Positions 38,083 to 50,154 of a stretch of DNA of 64,000 bases are shown in pieces. A model generated the notes under the pieces. It ran no database searches, was not told the origin of the DNA, and saw only the letters and a program-made list of their open reading frames with translations. The first letter of the stretch is position 1. Each line of letters begins with the position of its first letter. The stretch spans positions 8,308,001-8,372,000 of the forward strand of contig NC_047062.1 of the NCBI RefSeq assembly GCF_902459465.1. The letters are read 5' to 3'. A program made the position numbers and the translations under genes. This DNA is from Asterias rubens. Lineage: Eukaryota.

Positions 38083-39741
38083 TTAACAAAATAATCATTC
38101 AATTTATATTCAATTCAATTCAATTCAAGGTATTTTATTCAAATATTTGTAGCCAAAAGCTAAATTACAATTGAATTTACAAGGTAAAAAACATCAAGTT
38201 ACATACATTAAAGGGAAATAAACAAAACGTTATTAAACCAACATAAAATTTAAATAAGAATGAAGGAGATAGGCAACAATTCATCTAAGCAGCACTCAAA
38301 TTCGCAGACGCTTCTTGAGGCGTGTGTGTCACGAAAAAGAATGACGCTATACGCTAAATTGTGCATCTGACAAAGTAATGCAACAAATATGGTGTTTTTT
38401 TCTTGTTTCAACTTAATGATCAATATTGAGCCCTAATTTTTCACAGAATAAGTAAGATCACTTGTCCTAACCCGCCTCCTCATTTTTTAGCCGCTTTCAA
38501 TGATTATGCTTATGCTTAGATTAAATTATTGTTGCTATAGTTACAATGTTCCAATACCGTGTTTCGATCAAACATCGTATACAAACCATGTCATCATGAA
38601 TCTACAGTAGTCCTATACTACGCGGTCTAAAGTCCGATCGTCGCCCGGGAAAGCCATTTTTCTCGCTGCTCTCTCCTCGTCTCCTCTTTCCTCGTCTCCA
38701 GAGTCTCAGTCTCGGATAAAATGGTAACTTAATTCATACTGCAGTATATAAATAAAAGATTGTTGAAGTCAAGCGCCACTGCTGTAAACTGCATTCAGTA
38801 AGAAGTAAATTTTCCTTGTCACTTTATTCAATAAAGCAGTTAAAGATACGGCTGTGGATGTCAATAATAGCCCTAGTTATAGGCTTATTTTGCACATTGT
38901 GGCTGCTGTACCTATAGACTTAATTTAAAATTTAAAAGCCTCATTTCATTTCATTATGACCGAAATGTTTTAGAATGGCTCTGCCTGTTCATTGATCTTA
39001 ATATAGATCCATGGCCCGGCCAACGATTTCGCCAAACTTTTTCTAACTTAGGATTTATCTTAGGATCGACTTATGACGAGTTAAATTCCGTTAAATTAGG
39101 TAACTCCTAACTGGTGCATTAACATCATCAAGCTGTCGTCAAGCCGTCATCTTTGATAAAACTGCATTCAAATACGCGTGGCACATTAGACTGGTCCCCT
39201 GTCATTACCAACAAGGATAATGGCATGTGTTGGCTTTACATGTTTACACGGTACATCGCATTTAACTGCATCGCCAGAACCATCTCGAAGTTCGACGTCA
39301 GATATTCAGGCTCGCAGGCAGACCTTCTTTTTACCTTTATAGCCGAGGGCGCCCTGCTCAAATGACGTCATGATCATGCATGTATAGGATGGAATCGATA
39401 TGTAGGCCTATGTAGAATAGCAATGATATGTTACTCTGATGTGCACGATTTATCCAAGTCCATCACAAAGCGTTGAATATTGGATGGTGTCGGTTCAAGC
39501 CCTTTCTCGCTCTCATAAAAGTGTTCCCACTCTTGAGGAACAACCAAGCCTTTGTATCTGATTCCAGGGTATGTACGACAAATCTGTCGGAAAACCAACA
39601 CAAAACCTTCATGTTAAAATATAAAAACTTACTTACACTGTAGCCATTGAATTGCACCACGTCGGTCTATAAAAGACACTAAATACACAGGGGAGATGCA
39701 GATAAAACAAGTATCCCATGCGTTCCAAAGATACCACTTAA

Positions 39742-40090
39742 AGGGAGGGTACACTAGTAATTGTCCAAGACCAGTCTTCTCACTTGGTGTATCCCATCAT
39801 AAACCATAAAATAACAAGTCTGTGAAAATTTGGGCTCAATCGGTCATCGAAGTTGCGAGAAATGATGGGAAAAAACACCCTTGTTGGACGAACTTGTGTG
39901 CATTCAGATAAGAATAAAAGACTTTATTATTTTAGTGAGAAAATACCTCTTTCTTGAAAACTACGTTACTTCAGAGGGAGCCGTTTCTCACAATGTTTTA
40001 TATTATCAACAGCTCTCCAATGCTCGTTACCAAGTCAGTTTTTAAGTTAATATTTGTTTTGAGTAATTACCAAACGTGTATACCTTCCCT
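39742..40090. mobile_element. MITE family A
   Basis: ttaa|agggagggtacac ... gtgtataccttccct|ttaa. Confidence 0.8.
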
Positions 40091-40402
40091 TTAAAACAAA
40101 ACAATAATTAGTTTTCAAATGAGTTTTGAGAGATCGGGAGTAACTTTCCATATTTATTTGCCTGAGGATCGGGGGAAAAAACGAAAAAAAGCTTATACCA
40201 TGTAATATGAAACCTCAACACTGTCCTGAATATATAAAACAAATTTAACACCTTATGAGTTCCAACTAAATTTTCAGTTCATGTCGGCCATATCACTGGC
40301 AAACATCCTAAAACATTATTTGTACAAAATATTACTCTGGACCTCAACATTGAAAAGATAATACTGAAAACACATTTATTAAATAGCAGTTGAGTATAGG
40401 GC

Positions 40403-43400
40403 CTAAAAAGAGCAAATTGCAGTTACATTTGCAGCAATGACGGGTGCAAGTGTCGCCCGAGGTGAGTATTTAAGGTGCTTGTAAAAGTCTGCCGTCTCCT
40501 GATGCTGACATGCAAGCTGGATGTACCGCACTTTTAGACATCTCCTGGCGTAGTCTTCCAACAATTGGTGCATTTTTTTACCTAGTCCGCTATTCCTTCT
40601 GCTTTTCTTGATCACAACTAAATGCATTCACAAAAATGATTAGTTATAAACTGGTTAGTTATTAAAAACAAAACAAAAAAACATTTCTTTTACTTTTTAT
40701 GGTTTATGATTGGATGATGTTTGCTTTTATGTATTGTACAAAATGTTTTGTTGAATGAACGTCTTGTTTTGAACATTCTCTTACAAGACACTGGACACTA
40801 TTGGTAATTGTCAAAGACCAGTCTTCTCACTTGGTGTATCTCAACATATGCATAAAATAACAAACCTGTGAAAAATTGAGCTCGATTGGTCGTCGGAGCT
40901 GCGAGATAACTATGAAGAAAAAAACCTTGTCACACGAAGTTATGTGCTTTCGAATGATTGATTTTGAGACCTCAAATTCTAAATCTGAAGTCTCGAAATC
41001 AAAGTCGTGGAAAATAACTCGAAAACTACGTCACATTAGAGGAAGCCGTTTCTCACAATGTTTTATAATATCAACATCTCCCCATTCCTCGTTACCAAGT
41101 GAGGTTTTATGCTGATAATTATTTTGAGTAATTACCAATAGTGTCCACTGCCTTCAAAAATGTTTGTTCTTATAACGAATTCTGATATTTTGATGATGTT
41201 AGTTATACCTGATTCAACATAAACTCGGTTTTCGTCTCCGACGACCTCACACACTCTCAAGTGACCGACAACTTCCTTTGTCGTTGTAGCGCCCCCTCGC
41301 GTCTCCACCATTATTAACGAACATGGTAGACCTGTACATTGCGGAGTTTCTAGCAAATGCAACCTGTCCACATGAAAAGACAATAATATCAATTTCGGCA
41401 CGTCAGTCTCGTAATCTAGGGGATGTGCGGTCTGTATAATGAAGCCCTACCCCTAGATGTAGCCCGACCTATAGCCTCAAACTTGCTCTTAAGGTAATAT
41501 AGCCCCGTCCTGTTTTGTTGCACCGAAATTGTACCATTGCCTCCGACCTTAGTGTAGCCTCGAACGTGTACCTCTAATTACTGAAATAGCCCAAAAGTCT
41601 ACCCATCTGCAGCCGTCTAAGAAGCAAATTTGTACCGTAGCCCGACCGAGTGTAGCCTTGACCTAACTTTGAAACGGAACCTCCCGAACTTATGCAGCCT
41701 CAACCTAAATGAAGCCCCAAACTTGTAATAGCCCCAACCATGGTATCCCAAAGTTTGTACCTAAATGTAGCCGCGACCAAGTTGTAGCCATAAATTCCAC
41801 AAACATTGCACGTAGCTAAATTGTACATTAAAATGTAGCCCGACCTAAATGTAGCCCGGGCAATTAATTGACAACCTTTTAAAATGCCGCCACTGATTTT
41901 CTTAAATTGTTTTGAAGTTAAAGTGGAATTCTCTTGGGAAAAAATGCCTTATCACCTGAAATTCTTGTATTCAAAACAAACAAGAGCATGTTTAAATAGG
42001 TACTTCTCAAGACAAACCGTTTGTATGTTCAGTCTAACATTAATTTATTGCAAGTTTGAAGAACGAGCAGATCGCGTTGTTTCCATTGTATTTCAAAACC
42101 AAATACGAGGCAACAACTCGGCATAAATTTTCATTATTGTTATTATTATTATTAAAGCACATTAGCTATCGTTAAACAGTTTGTATCTATAACATTAATT
42201 ATGGGATAACTAACACGGCCAAACTGTCTCATCAAACACGCAACGTTCTGTTTGGATGATGCTGTACATGATCAATCTTGAGCGGTTAAGGGTACTAAAT
42301 TTCTGGGAATTCATATTGATGAAAATTTGACTTGGAAGAAGCATATTGGCACTATAGCAGTTAAAATATCTAGAAATATAGGTATAATGAATGGGCTTAA
42401 AAATTTCCTTCCCTGTAGCATATTACTGACCTTGTACAACTCTTGTATTTTACCTTATCTTTATTACGCAATTTTGACATGGGGAAGTCCAACTCCTAAA
42501 TGTAATAAACTTCTCACTCTTCAGAAACGTGCAGTTCGGGTTATTTCCAAAAGCGGACTATTGTGAGCACTCTGGGCCTCTCTTTTGTAATTTAAAACTG
42601 TTAAAATTCGTTGACCTTTATCATCTTAACTTAGGAAAGTTTATGTATAAATATATGAATAATCTTTTACCTGCTTGTTTCAACTCCAGTTTTACACTTA
42701 CCTCAAACATCCACTCCTATTATACCCGTAGCGCTGCTAGGAAAAATCTGTATGTTAACTATCGTATAGAACCTCGTTGTCTAAAAATGGTGTTGTCCAG
42801 CGTGGCACTTTATTTTGGAATAGTCTGGACGACTCTTTTAAATCATTGCGTACTCTCTCGACTTTTACCAAAAAACTTAAAACTTGTTTTCTTAATGAAT
42901 ACTAAGAATCTGATGTTATTTTTGTATGTAGAAATTGTAACGGCTTTATTTTCTGTCTTACACCTGTCAATTTTGTCCTGTTAGTTTTGTCCTGTATTTT
43001 GAATGTCTGTCTGTTTTTTTGGTTTGTCTGTTCATAGGCTGGGGAACAAAAGCTGTGCTTCTCCCCGGACCTAGATGTTGCCTTTTGTTTATTGTTTCAT
43101 CTTTTAATATATTTTATATTTACTTTTATTTTGTCCATATTACTCTGTATTATACACTATTTGCAACATTGAATAAACGTTTATATCTATCTATCTATCT
43201 ATCTATGTACATCATCTACCAATGTAAACAAAAGACCTGGAGTCCATCCGTCCACTGAGAAAAGACCTTTAGTCCGTCACGTCAGACTAAAAGATTTAAC
43301 ATGGAGACCATGTACGATGAATGTAGATTTCTACCTCCATGAACCAACCAAGTGGCACCTCTCCATTGTATTGTGTTGTACTAACTTGTTTTGTGTTAAA

Positions 43401-44303
43401 ACTTTGAAGGTCCCAGTATTTCTATATGCAATTCACAAAGTAAAGCCGACGGCTTGGTTGACAAACTGGTGAAGACTGGTTGTATATTTTGAGAACAAAA
43501 CCACGATGATACTATAAGTGTTATGTAATTTGACAAGTGCGATTTAGGTTCACTAAAAGACCAACTTCAATGTTACTCTGAATGGGAACACAAATACAGA
43601 AAAGATGAATACTTAGCGGAGAGGTTTTTGAAACATTACAGGGGAAATAGAGCTCACTTATCAAAGTTTTTAACTTGTGCTTTGTTGGTAAAGGGATTGT
43701 CGAATGGAATGGCAAATCCTGTGTGGAATTTAATGTGTTTTCTTTTTAATCGCTCAGCGCCCATCCGGAGCATGTTTCATGGATGGGCGCTATGTAAATG
43801 GGCATTGTTGTTGTTGTTTATTAATTAGAAACAATTTGTGCATGTATATACAGTATCAAGCCAATTTAGGGGGTTGGATGATAAATTAAAATCATACATG
43901 CGACAACTTGACTGACACAGAAGGTCACTTCGTTTCCTGTGGTTGGCTGATATTAGACTCTTATCTACCTTTACAACAGAAACATAATAATAGTATCAAT
44001 ATACATAACCTTGAGGGATCACTAAGTTGAGATATGGCGGACACAATGCTACAACACCCATGTTTGGGTAAGTGTGCGCTTCCTCCATGGTGTGCGTATC
44101 CAAACCAAACAGTATACACTTCTATCACGTCCGCTATACCTCAAACAGGCTTATAGTACCTCGTATCATAAGCTACACATCATGATGTGTCATTTGATGT
44201 CTTACCTCTCCGCTAAACAATTCGGCCATTCCTCTTTCAAAAGGCTTATGGTGTCTTCCACCAAGTCTGGGTTGGCATGTACAGGTTCCAGAGAGAATGC
44301 CAT
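40403..44303 (-). CDS. NAA80: N-alpha-acetyltransferase 80-like (actin N-terminal acetyltransferase, GNAT)
   Basis: Exons 44303-44206, 41363-41209 and 40617-40403 (phases 2 and 1, GT-AG; in-frame TGA upstream of the ATG). They give MAFSLEPVHANPDLVEDTISLLKEEWPNCLAERLHLLE...LPCSLIMV...VVGHLRV...VYVESVVIKKSRRNSGLGKKM...LEDYAR...DFYKHLKY, colinear with human NAA80 LEPVHRRPEL..W..SRLHSL..VVGHARL..VETVVV..RGRGFG..FYTHLGY (from memory). The C-terminus is uncertain (see findings). Confidence 0.85.
40786..41153. mobile_element. MITE family A in NAA80 intron 2
   Basis: agacactggacactattggtaattgtcaaagac ... ttaccaatagtgtccactgcct. Confidence 0.8.
41440..41860. repeat. Degenerate array of gtagccc(gacc) motifs ending in cccggg
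   Basis: More than 10 dispersed gtagcc/atagcc-cgacc motifs in about 420 bp, within NAA80 intron 1. Confidence 0.55.
42240..43205 (+). mobile_element. L2/Crack-type LINE 3' fragment with (ATCT)n tail, antisense in NAA80 intron 1
   Basis: KFLGIHIDENLTWKKHI..ISRNIGIM..LLTLYNS.ILPYL.Y...WG and HSGPLF..LKLLKF.DL..LNLGKFMYK are RT C-terminal motifs, frameshifted. aataaa followed by (tatc)n at 43170-43205. Confidence 0.8.
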
Positions 44304-45744
44304 CGTCTCTCAGTTTCAGTTTCAACTACGGCAAGCAGTTGTGTAGTTTTGGAGCGATGTCTGTTCATGCTCTGTCATTGACTATGTTTCTGTTGCGGAA
44401 ATCTACGGAAGCCGGGTAGTGCCAGGAGATAAGAAGTGAAATACTTTTCATGAGTGCGATAATAATTATTTGTTGTACCATTTATCTAGCGGTCGCCACA
44501 TAATTATCTGGCGGGTGTAAAGGGGAAAAGTTAAATCTCAATACGTTCAAAGCTATAGGTTAAGTATTATACAACTATTCCCTATTAGACATGTATTGGA
44601 AACATTAAAAGCACGTAGGCCTATGATACGAGGCGTTAATATATCAAGTTCTTAGTTAGGGAGGGGGGCAAGGCGATACAGGTGTTGGTTGGGGTGGGGT
44701 TTGGAACTGAGGGAAGGTGCGAGGAAGAGATTTTCGGAAGGCGGAAATAACTCTGGAGCGGGAAATTCGAAACCAAATCCGGTGACAGGGGGGCTGGAGG
44801 GGTTTGAAAAGCCGAAAACATAATTTATCGGTGGTCTCTGGTCCTAAACCATTCCCCGACTGTTTGGTGTGGTTTTGTGGTTTTCCCAAATCAAGGCAAT
44901 GGTTAAAAACAGACCTTTGTAAAGAACGTGTAGTCCAGACCGCTAGATAATTAAGTGGCAGCCGCCAGCAGATTAATGGTACAAAAACAATATTATCGCA
45001 CTTATAAACAAGTCGGTTACTGGTTGGCAGATAATTACCCACGTTCGTCCTGGAGAAAAAAAAACCGCCACACACCGGAATCGAACCAGGGAAGCTAAAC
45101 GAACGCACCCGGGTATAGTCTTGGTTCCAAGACCATTGGTGTTGCGCGGTCACACACAACCAATGGTCCGATCATATCTATGCACGGCAAAAACTGTACA
45201 CGCTTTGTGTTTCAATAGGCTATGCTTCATACTTTAGTTAGTAAACAATGATTTTAGGTGCACAAGATTATAGACACGAGTCACTGATTTAAGCTAACAT
45301 CCGGGAACGTTTAATGCAACACACGAAAGGTCAAAGGTCAATAAACAACTTTATGCATATTGCAACATCCTCCTCTTTTTGAGGAAGGAGCATTTTTGAA
45401 AGCCACAACAATTTAACTCCAACTTGAACACTGGGAAAAACAAGTTATTTTAGACATGCATTAAATCATGTTTTCTCCAAAGAAGAAAAAAAAAACAGAT
45501 GGAAAAAAAAAAAAAATAGAGAAACAATTTGTTTTCTCTAGTCAAACAAAATGAGGGATTTCTCCTAACTTTTTTTTATTTTTTTTTTTGATAAACCAAA
45601 ATACCCTCTTAACTGTGGAAGGCATACATCTGCTTAAAACGCCTTTTTTGGTTTGAACAAAAAAAATTTTTTTTTTAGATATATAAACTCAAGCAACTGT
45701 TGTCAATTTGTGAACAGCATCTTGTTTTGATTTGAACTCAGTTC

Positions 45745-47589
45745 TCAGTATTTAACAAAGTCCTTTAGTCTGCTAGGTTCTTTGATCATTCTACCAGATC
45801 TGGTCTTTGGCAAGTCTTTCAGTTCAATTGTCTCTTGTTGAGGGTTTGGGTCAATTGTTTGATGCATTCCTGGGGGGTGTTCCATTTGAGGGATGCGAGT
45901 GGGTTGTTTCCGTGTGGGTTGTTTCGGTGTTCCAGATCCATCAGATACTTGTGGGTCTGGGTGACTCTGTGGTGGTAGGATGGTTTGCTTTGTAATGCAT
46001 TGGTCAGTGGGGGTCGGGGCATGCAAGTGTCTCATGTTTGTGTGACCATGCATTACTGGTGGTTCTTCACGCGTTTTCTTCAGGTCAACACGATTGCGTC
46101 TCAAGGTCTGTCCTTGTTGGGTTTCGATTTCGTAGGATCTCTCGTCCAGTCTCTTGCTTACAACAGCCCGTGGCCACTGTTTTTCTCCAGAGCGGAATGG
46201 TTTCAGTCGTACAACATCTCCTTCTGCCAGCGATGGCAAGTCTTTTGCATGTTTGTTGTAGTTGTCCGACTGTTTTCTCTGTAGATGTTTCATTTTGGCT
46301 CGCTCACTTTCCATGATGTCTCTTCCTCTTGGTACTAACAGGCTGTTAGATGTGGGTAGAAGGGTTCTGGTTCTTCGGCTATGCAGTCTTTGTGCGGGAC
46401 TGCTGCTGATTCCTTGAGTTGGAGTATTTCTCAGTTCAAGAAGTGCCATGTATGGGTCAGAGTTGGCTTTCTTGCACTTCTTCAGTAGTCTTTTTGCAGC
46501 CTTCACTGCAGACTCCACTTTACCATTAGATTGGCTATGTTTGGGGGAGATAGTGAAATGTTCAAAATCCCAAACTTTGGAAAATTTCTTGAACTCATCG
46601 GACGTGAACTGACCACCATTGTCGCTGATTACCGAGTTTGGTATGCCATATCTTGCAAAGTGAGATTTCAACTTTTTTATGACAGTTTTTGAGGTCAGGT
46701 TGTGGAGTCTGTCTATTTCCCAGAAGTTGGACAAATAGTCAACAGTGATTAGGTAGTCCTTACCATCATACTCTAGAAGATCGGCTCCAATTTTCTCCCA
46801 GGGGCGGTTTGGTAGATCATGAGGCATGAGTGTTTCCTTCTGGTTTTTTGTCTCATATGATCTGCACGCATCACACTTTGATACAAACTGCTTTATCTCA
46901 GCAGACATGCCTGGCCAGAATAGACATTCACGAGCTCTCCTGAGGGAACTTTCAACACCAAGATGAGAGTTGTGAACTGTCTTGATCATTTCTTTCCTGA
47001 GTGAGCTTGGTATTACGATGCGCTCCCCTCGGAACACAAGACCATCCGAAAGGGAGAGTTCGTCACGAACGTTGAAGTAAGGTAGTGTTTGGGATGGAAG
47101 GAAGTCTTTCTCATCGGGCCACCCTTGTTGGATCACCACTTTCAGTAGTTGCAGTGATTCATCTTTGTCCGTTTCTTCTTTTATTTGTCGTAGTCTGTCT
47201 GGTCCCATGCTAAGGCTATCAACCAGGTTGACCTGAGCAAAGTCATCTGATCCATCAGTGTACGGTAGGTAGGATCTGGACAGCATATCTGCAAGATGCA
47301 TTTCCGTGCCTTTCTTCCAGAGAATTTCTATGTCGTAGTTCAACATTCTCATCAGCATGCCTTGGAGACGTCTTGGGGCACGATGAAGTGGTTTCTTGAC
47401 AATTGTCTCGAGCGGTTTATGGTCACTTTCAACTAGAATTTTTTGACCAAAGGTGTACTGGTGGAATCGTTCAAGTGCGAACACGATTGCAAGAGCCTCT
47501 TTCTCAATTTGGGCATATCTCTGTTCAGTTGGGGTCAATGCCCTACTTGCATAAGCAATTGGTTTTCCTTCTTGTAGGATAGCCGCACC
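45745..47589 (-). CDS. Retrotransposon RNase H (C-terminal part) plus integrase
   Basis: GAAILQEGKPIAYASRALTPTEQRYAQIEKEALAI (RNase H) begins at 47589, in frame with ORF 45745..47538. H2C2 (HNSHLG...CDAC) and D-D-E core (GADL, ISDNG, GKVESAV). Confidence 0.9.
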   Translation of the reverse strand, partial: GAAILQEGKPIAYASRALTPTEQRYAQIEKEALAIVFALERFHQYTFGQKILVESDHKPLETIVKKPLHRAPRRLQGMLMRMLNYDIEILWKKGTEMHLADMLSRSYLPYTDGSDDFAQVNLVDSLSMGPDRLRQIKEETDKDESLQLLKVVIQQGWPDEKDFLPSQTLPYFNVRDELSLSDGLVFRGERIVIPSSLRKEMIKTVHNSHLGVESSLRRARECLFWPGMSAEIKQFVSKCDACRSYETKNQKETLMPHDLPNRPWEKIGADLLEYDGKDYLITVDYLSNFWEIDRLHNLTSKTVIKKLKSHFARYGIPNSVISDNGGQFTSDEFKKFSKVWDFEHFTISPKHSQSNGKVESAVKAAKRLLKKCKKANSDPYMALLELRNTPTQGISSSPAQRLHSRRTRTLLPTSNSLLVPRGRDIMESERAKMKHLQRKQSDNYNKHAKDLPSLAEGDVVRLKPFRSGEKQWPRAVVSKRLDERSYEIETQQGQTLRRNRVDLKKTREEPPVMHGHTNMRHLHAPTPTDQCITKQTILPPQSHPDPQVSDGSGTPKQPTRKQPTRIPQMEHPPGMHQTIDPNPQQETIELKDLPKTRSGRMIKEPSRLKDFVKY

Positions 47590-48121
47590 TGAAACATGGT
47601 GGCAGCGGTGAAGTATTCATCATAGAACTCTAAGTTACGTTTTTCTATAATGAAAAACTGAAGAGAACCCGTCCAGGAGAAAAGCAAAAAAGGACAACCG
47701 ATCAGTCCGTGAGCCCATCTATCTACATGCGTCCGTGAACCACCGTTCTGCACTACACTACACTCGTCTGTGGATGTGTACGTCGCCCGTAAGTTGTAGT
47801 TTAAACTCTTAAACCGTGTTGATGTTTAGCAATGTTGATAGTCACCGAAACAAACAAAAGTGACGGGAAAGTGATTGTACTTAAAATAGTAGGAAAACGT
47901 ACAAGAAATATGCAATCTGAATCTCACTGAACTGATGATAAATGCATACCTACTCAGTACTTTCACTCATCATGCTAAAAATAACACACTCTCGACTCGT
48001 GAGAGGACTCACTTCATGAACATTGTGAACTACATCTGTACCGCTCACTGACACCTACGCACCTGACTAGTGCTCGTATCTACGTTGCTGTTTTGGCATA
48101 AAAAAAATATATATATAAAAA

Positions 48122-50154
48122 ATGGCTTGTGCTAAACCCCTCACCCATGTGTCTCCCCCACCTCAACTAAAGCTCAAAGAAAATGCAATCGAAGAGTGGA
48201 AAATGTTTAAACAGATGTACTCCAACTACTGCATTATAACTGAACTGAGCAAACATGACAAGGCATATCAAAAGGCAGTATTCCTTCACTCTATGGGCCC
48301 TGCTGGGGTAAAGATCTTTAATAGCCTGACCTTCTCTGAAGATGATGATAAAGATGATATCACCCTTATCACGCAGAAACTTGATCATTACATCATTGGT
48401 GAAGTAAATGAAACATATGAGCGATATATGTTCAATAAGAGAGACCAAGAAGCATCAGAATCTATAGAGGCTTATCTATCAGCTCTCCGTGAACTTGCCA
48501 AAACATGCAACTTTTGTGATTGTTTACAAGACAGCCTACTTCGTGACCGAATTGTTCTCGGGATCCGTGACTCACACACACGTAAACTGCTGCTACAGAA
48601 ACGCAAACTCACTCTAAAGATGGCTCTTGATATCTGCAGGTCAGCTGAAGCAACCACATTTCAGCTGAAATCCTTTGGTGAAACCGAAACTGAGGCTGTC
48701 CACAAAGTTAGTGACTGGAAAACTAAGGATACAACAGCTAAACACACAGGGAAACTCCCCACCATCACATGCAAATTCTGTGCTCGCAAACATCTGAGAA
48801 AAAAAGAACTCTGTCCTGCATGGGGAAAAACCTGTAGCTTATGCAAACGAGACAACCACTTCAAGCAATGCTGCAAGTTCAACAAAGAGACACGCAAAGT
48901 TCACGCACTAGATGACGCCCATGTGTATGGCTCTAATGAATCATTAGACTCTAGTGGCACTGAATCCATCAACTGTGTAGAGATTGCTGTCAATGCTGTA
49001 GAAAACACCAAAGGTGCTCTCTTTGCTGAAATGATGCTTGATGGCAAATCAATGAAGTTTCAAATAGACTCAGGAGCTACCGTCAATGTTTTGCCAAGGA
49101 AATATGTGACTGAATCCACAATTCAACCACACAACCTCACACTTAAGATGTACAACCAGTCCACGCTAAAAGCTGTTGGCAAGACAAAAGTCATCTTGCG
49201 CAACCCCCAAAATAAGAAGAAATACAGGGTTGAATTTGTGGTGATTGAACCAAACTCCTTCACTCCCCTCCTTAGCCGCAATGCTGCTGAACGCATGTCA
49301 CTGATCACGGTCAACTATGACAACTTCAGACTACTGCACTCAGTAAACGTCACATCCACTGAAGGCATTCTTGCAGAATATGATGATGTATTCAAAGGCA
49401 AACTTCCAGGCTCTCTACCAGGATTAGTCCACCTCCACATTGCAGAAGACGCAAGACCAGTGCAATGCTCACCTAAGAAAGTACCAGTGTCACTAAAACA
49501 CAAAGTCAAGACAGGACTAGCACAACTGGTTAAAGATGACATTCTTGCACCAGTTGATGAACCTACTGAATGGTGTAGTCGCATGGCAGTGACAGCAAAG
49601 AAAACCTCAAATGATCTACGATACTGTATCGATCCCCGTCCACTGAACAAAGTACTACAAAGAGAGTTGTACGAATTGCCCGTTATGGAAGACATCTTAC
49701 CAGAACTTTCCAGAGCTAAAATTTTCTCTAAACTGGACCTCCGATCTGGATATCTACATTGTGTGCTTGATGACCAAAGTAGTCTGCTCACTACCATGAT
49801 GACACCGTTTGGCAGATACAGATGGAAAAGACTCCCATTTGGTCTGAAAGTCAGCTCTGAAATATTTCAGAAACGCCTCCACCAAGCGATTGCTGACCTT
49901 GACGGCATTGAATGCGTTGCCGATGACATCATTGTTTTTGGTGTTGGCGATACAACCGATGAGGCAGAACAGAGCCACAATGCAAGGCTAAAACAACTCC
50001 TCCAGAGATGCAGAGAAAAAGGCATCAAACTCAATGGAGAAAAATCTGAGATCAAATCTCAAAGCATCACCTTCCTAGGACACGTTGTCACCAGTGAAGG
50101 TCTAAAAATTGATGCAAAAAAGGTTGAAGCCATCACCAAAATGAGTAATCCCAC
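48122..50154 (+). CDS. Retrotransposon gag-protease-RT (inverted segment, truncated after KMSNPT)
   Basis: CCHC-type knuckles (CKFCARKH...C, CSLCKRDNH...C), protease FQIDSGAT, RT motifs CIDPRPLN, FSKLDLRSGY, WKRLPFG, ADDII. The ORF runs into the reverse-complemented PBS and LTR and stops at 50176. Confidence 0.92.

Noticed and set aside
44656-45159. 167-aa minus-strand ORF upstream of NAA80
   Set aside because: GTG start inside a MITE arm, low complexity and no homology cues; probably spurious.
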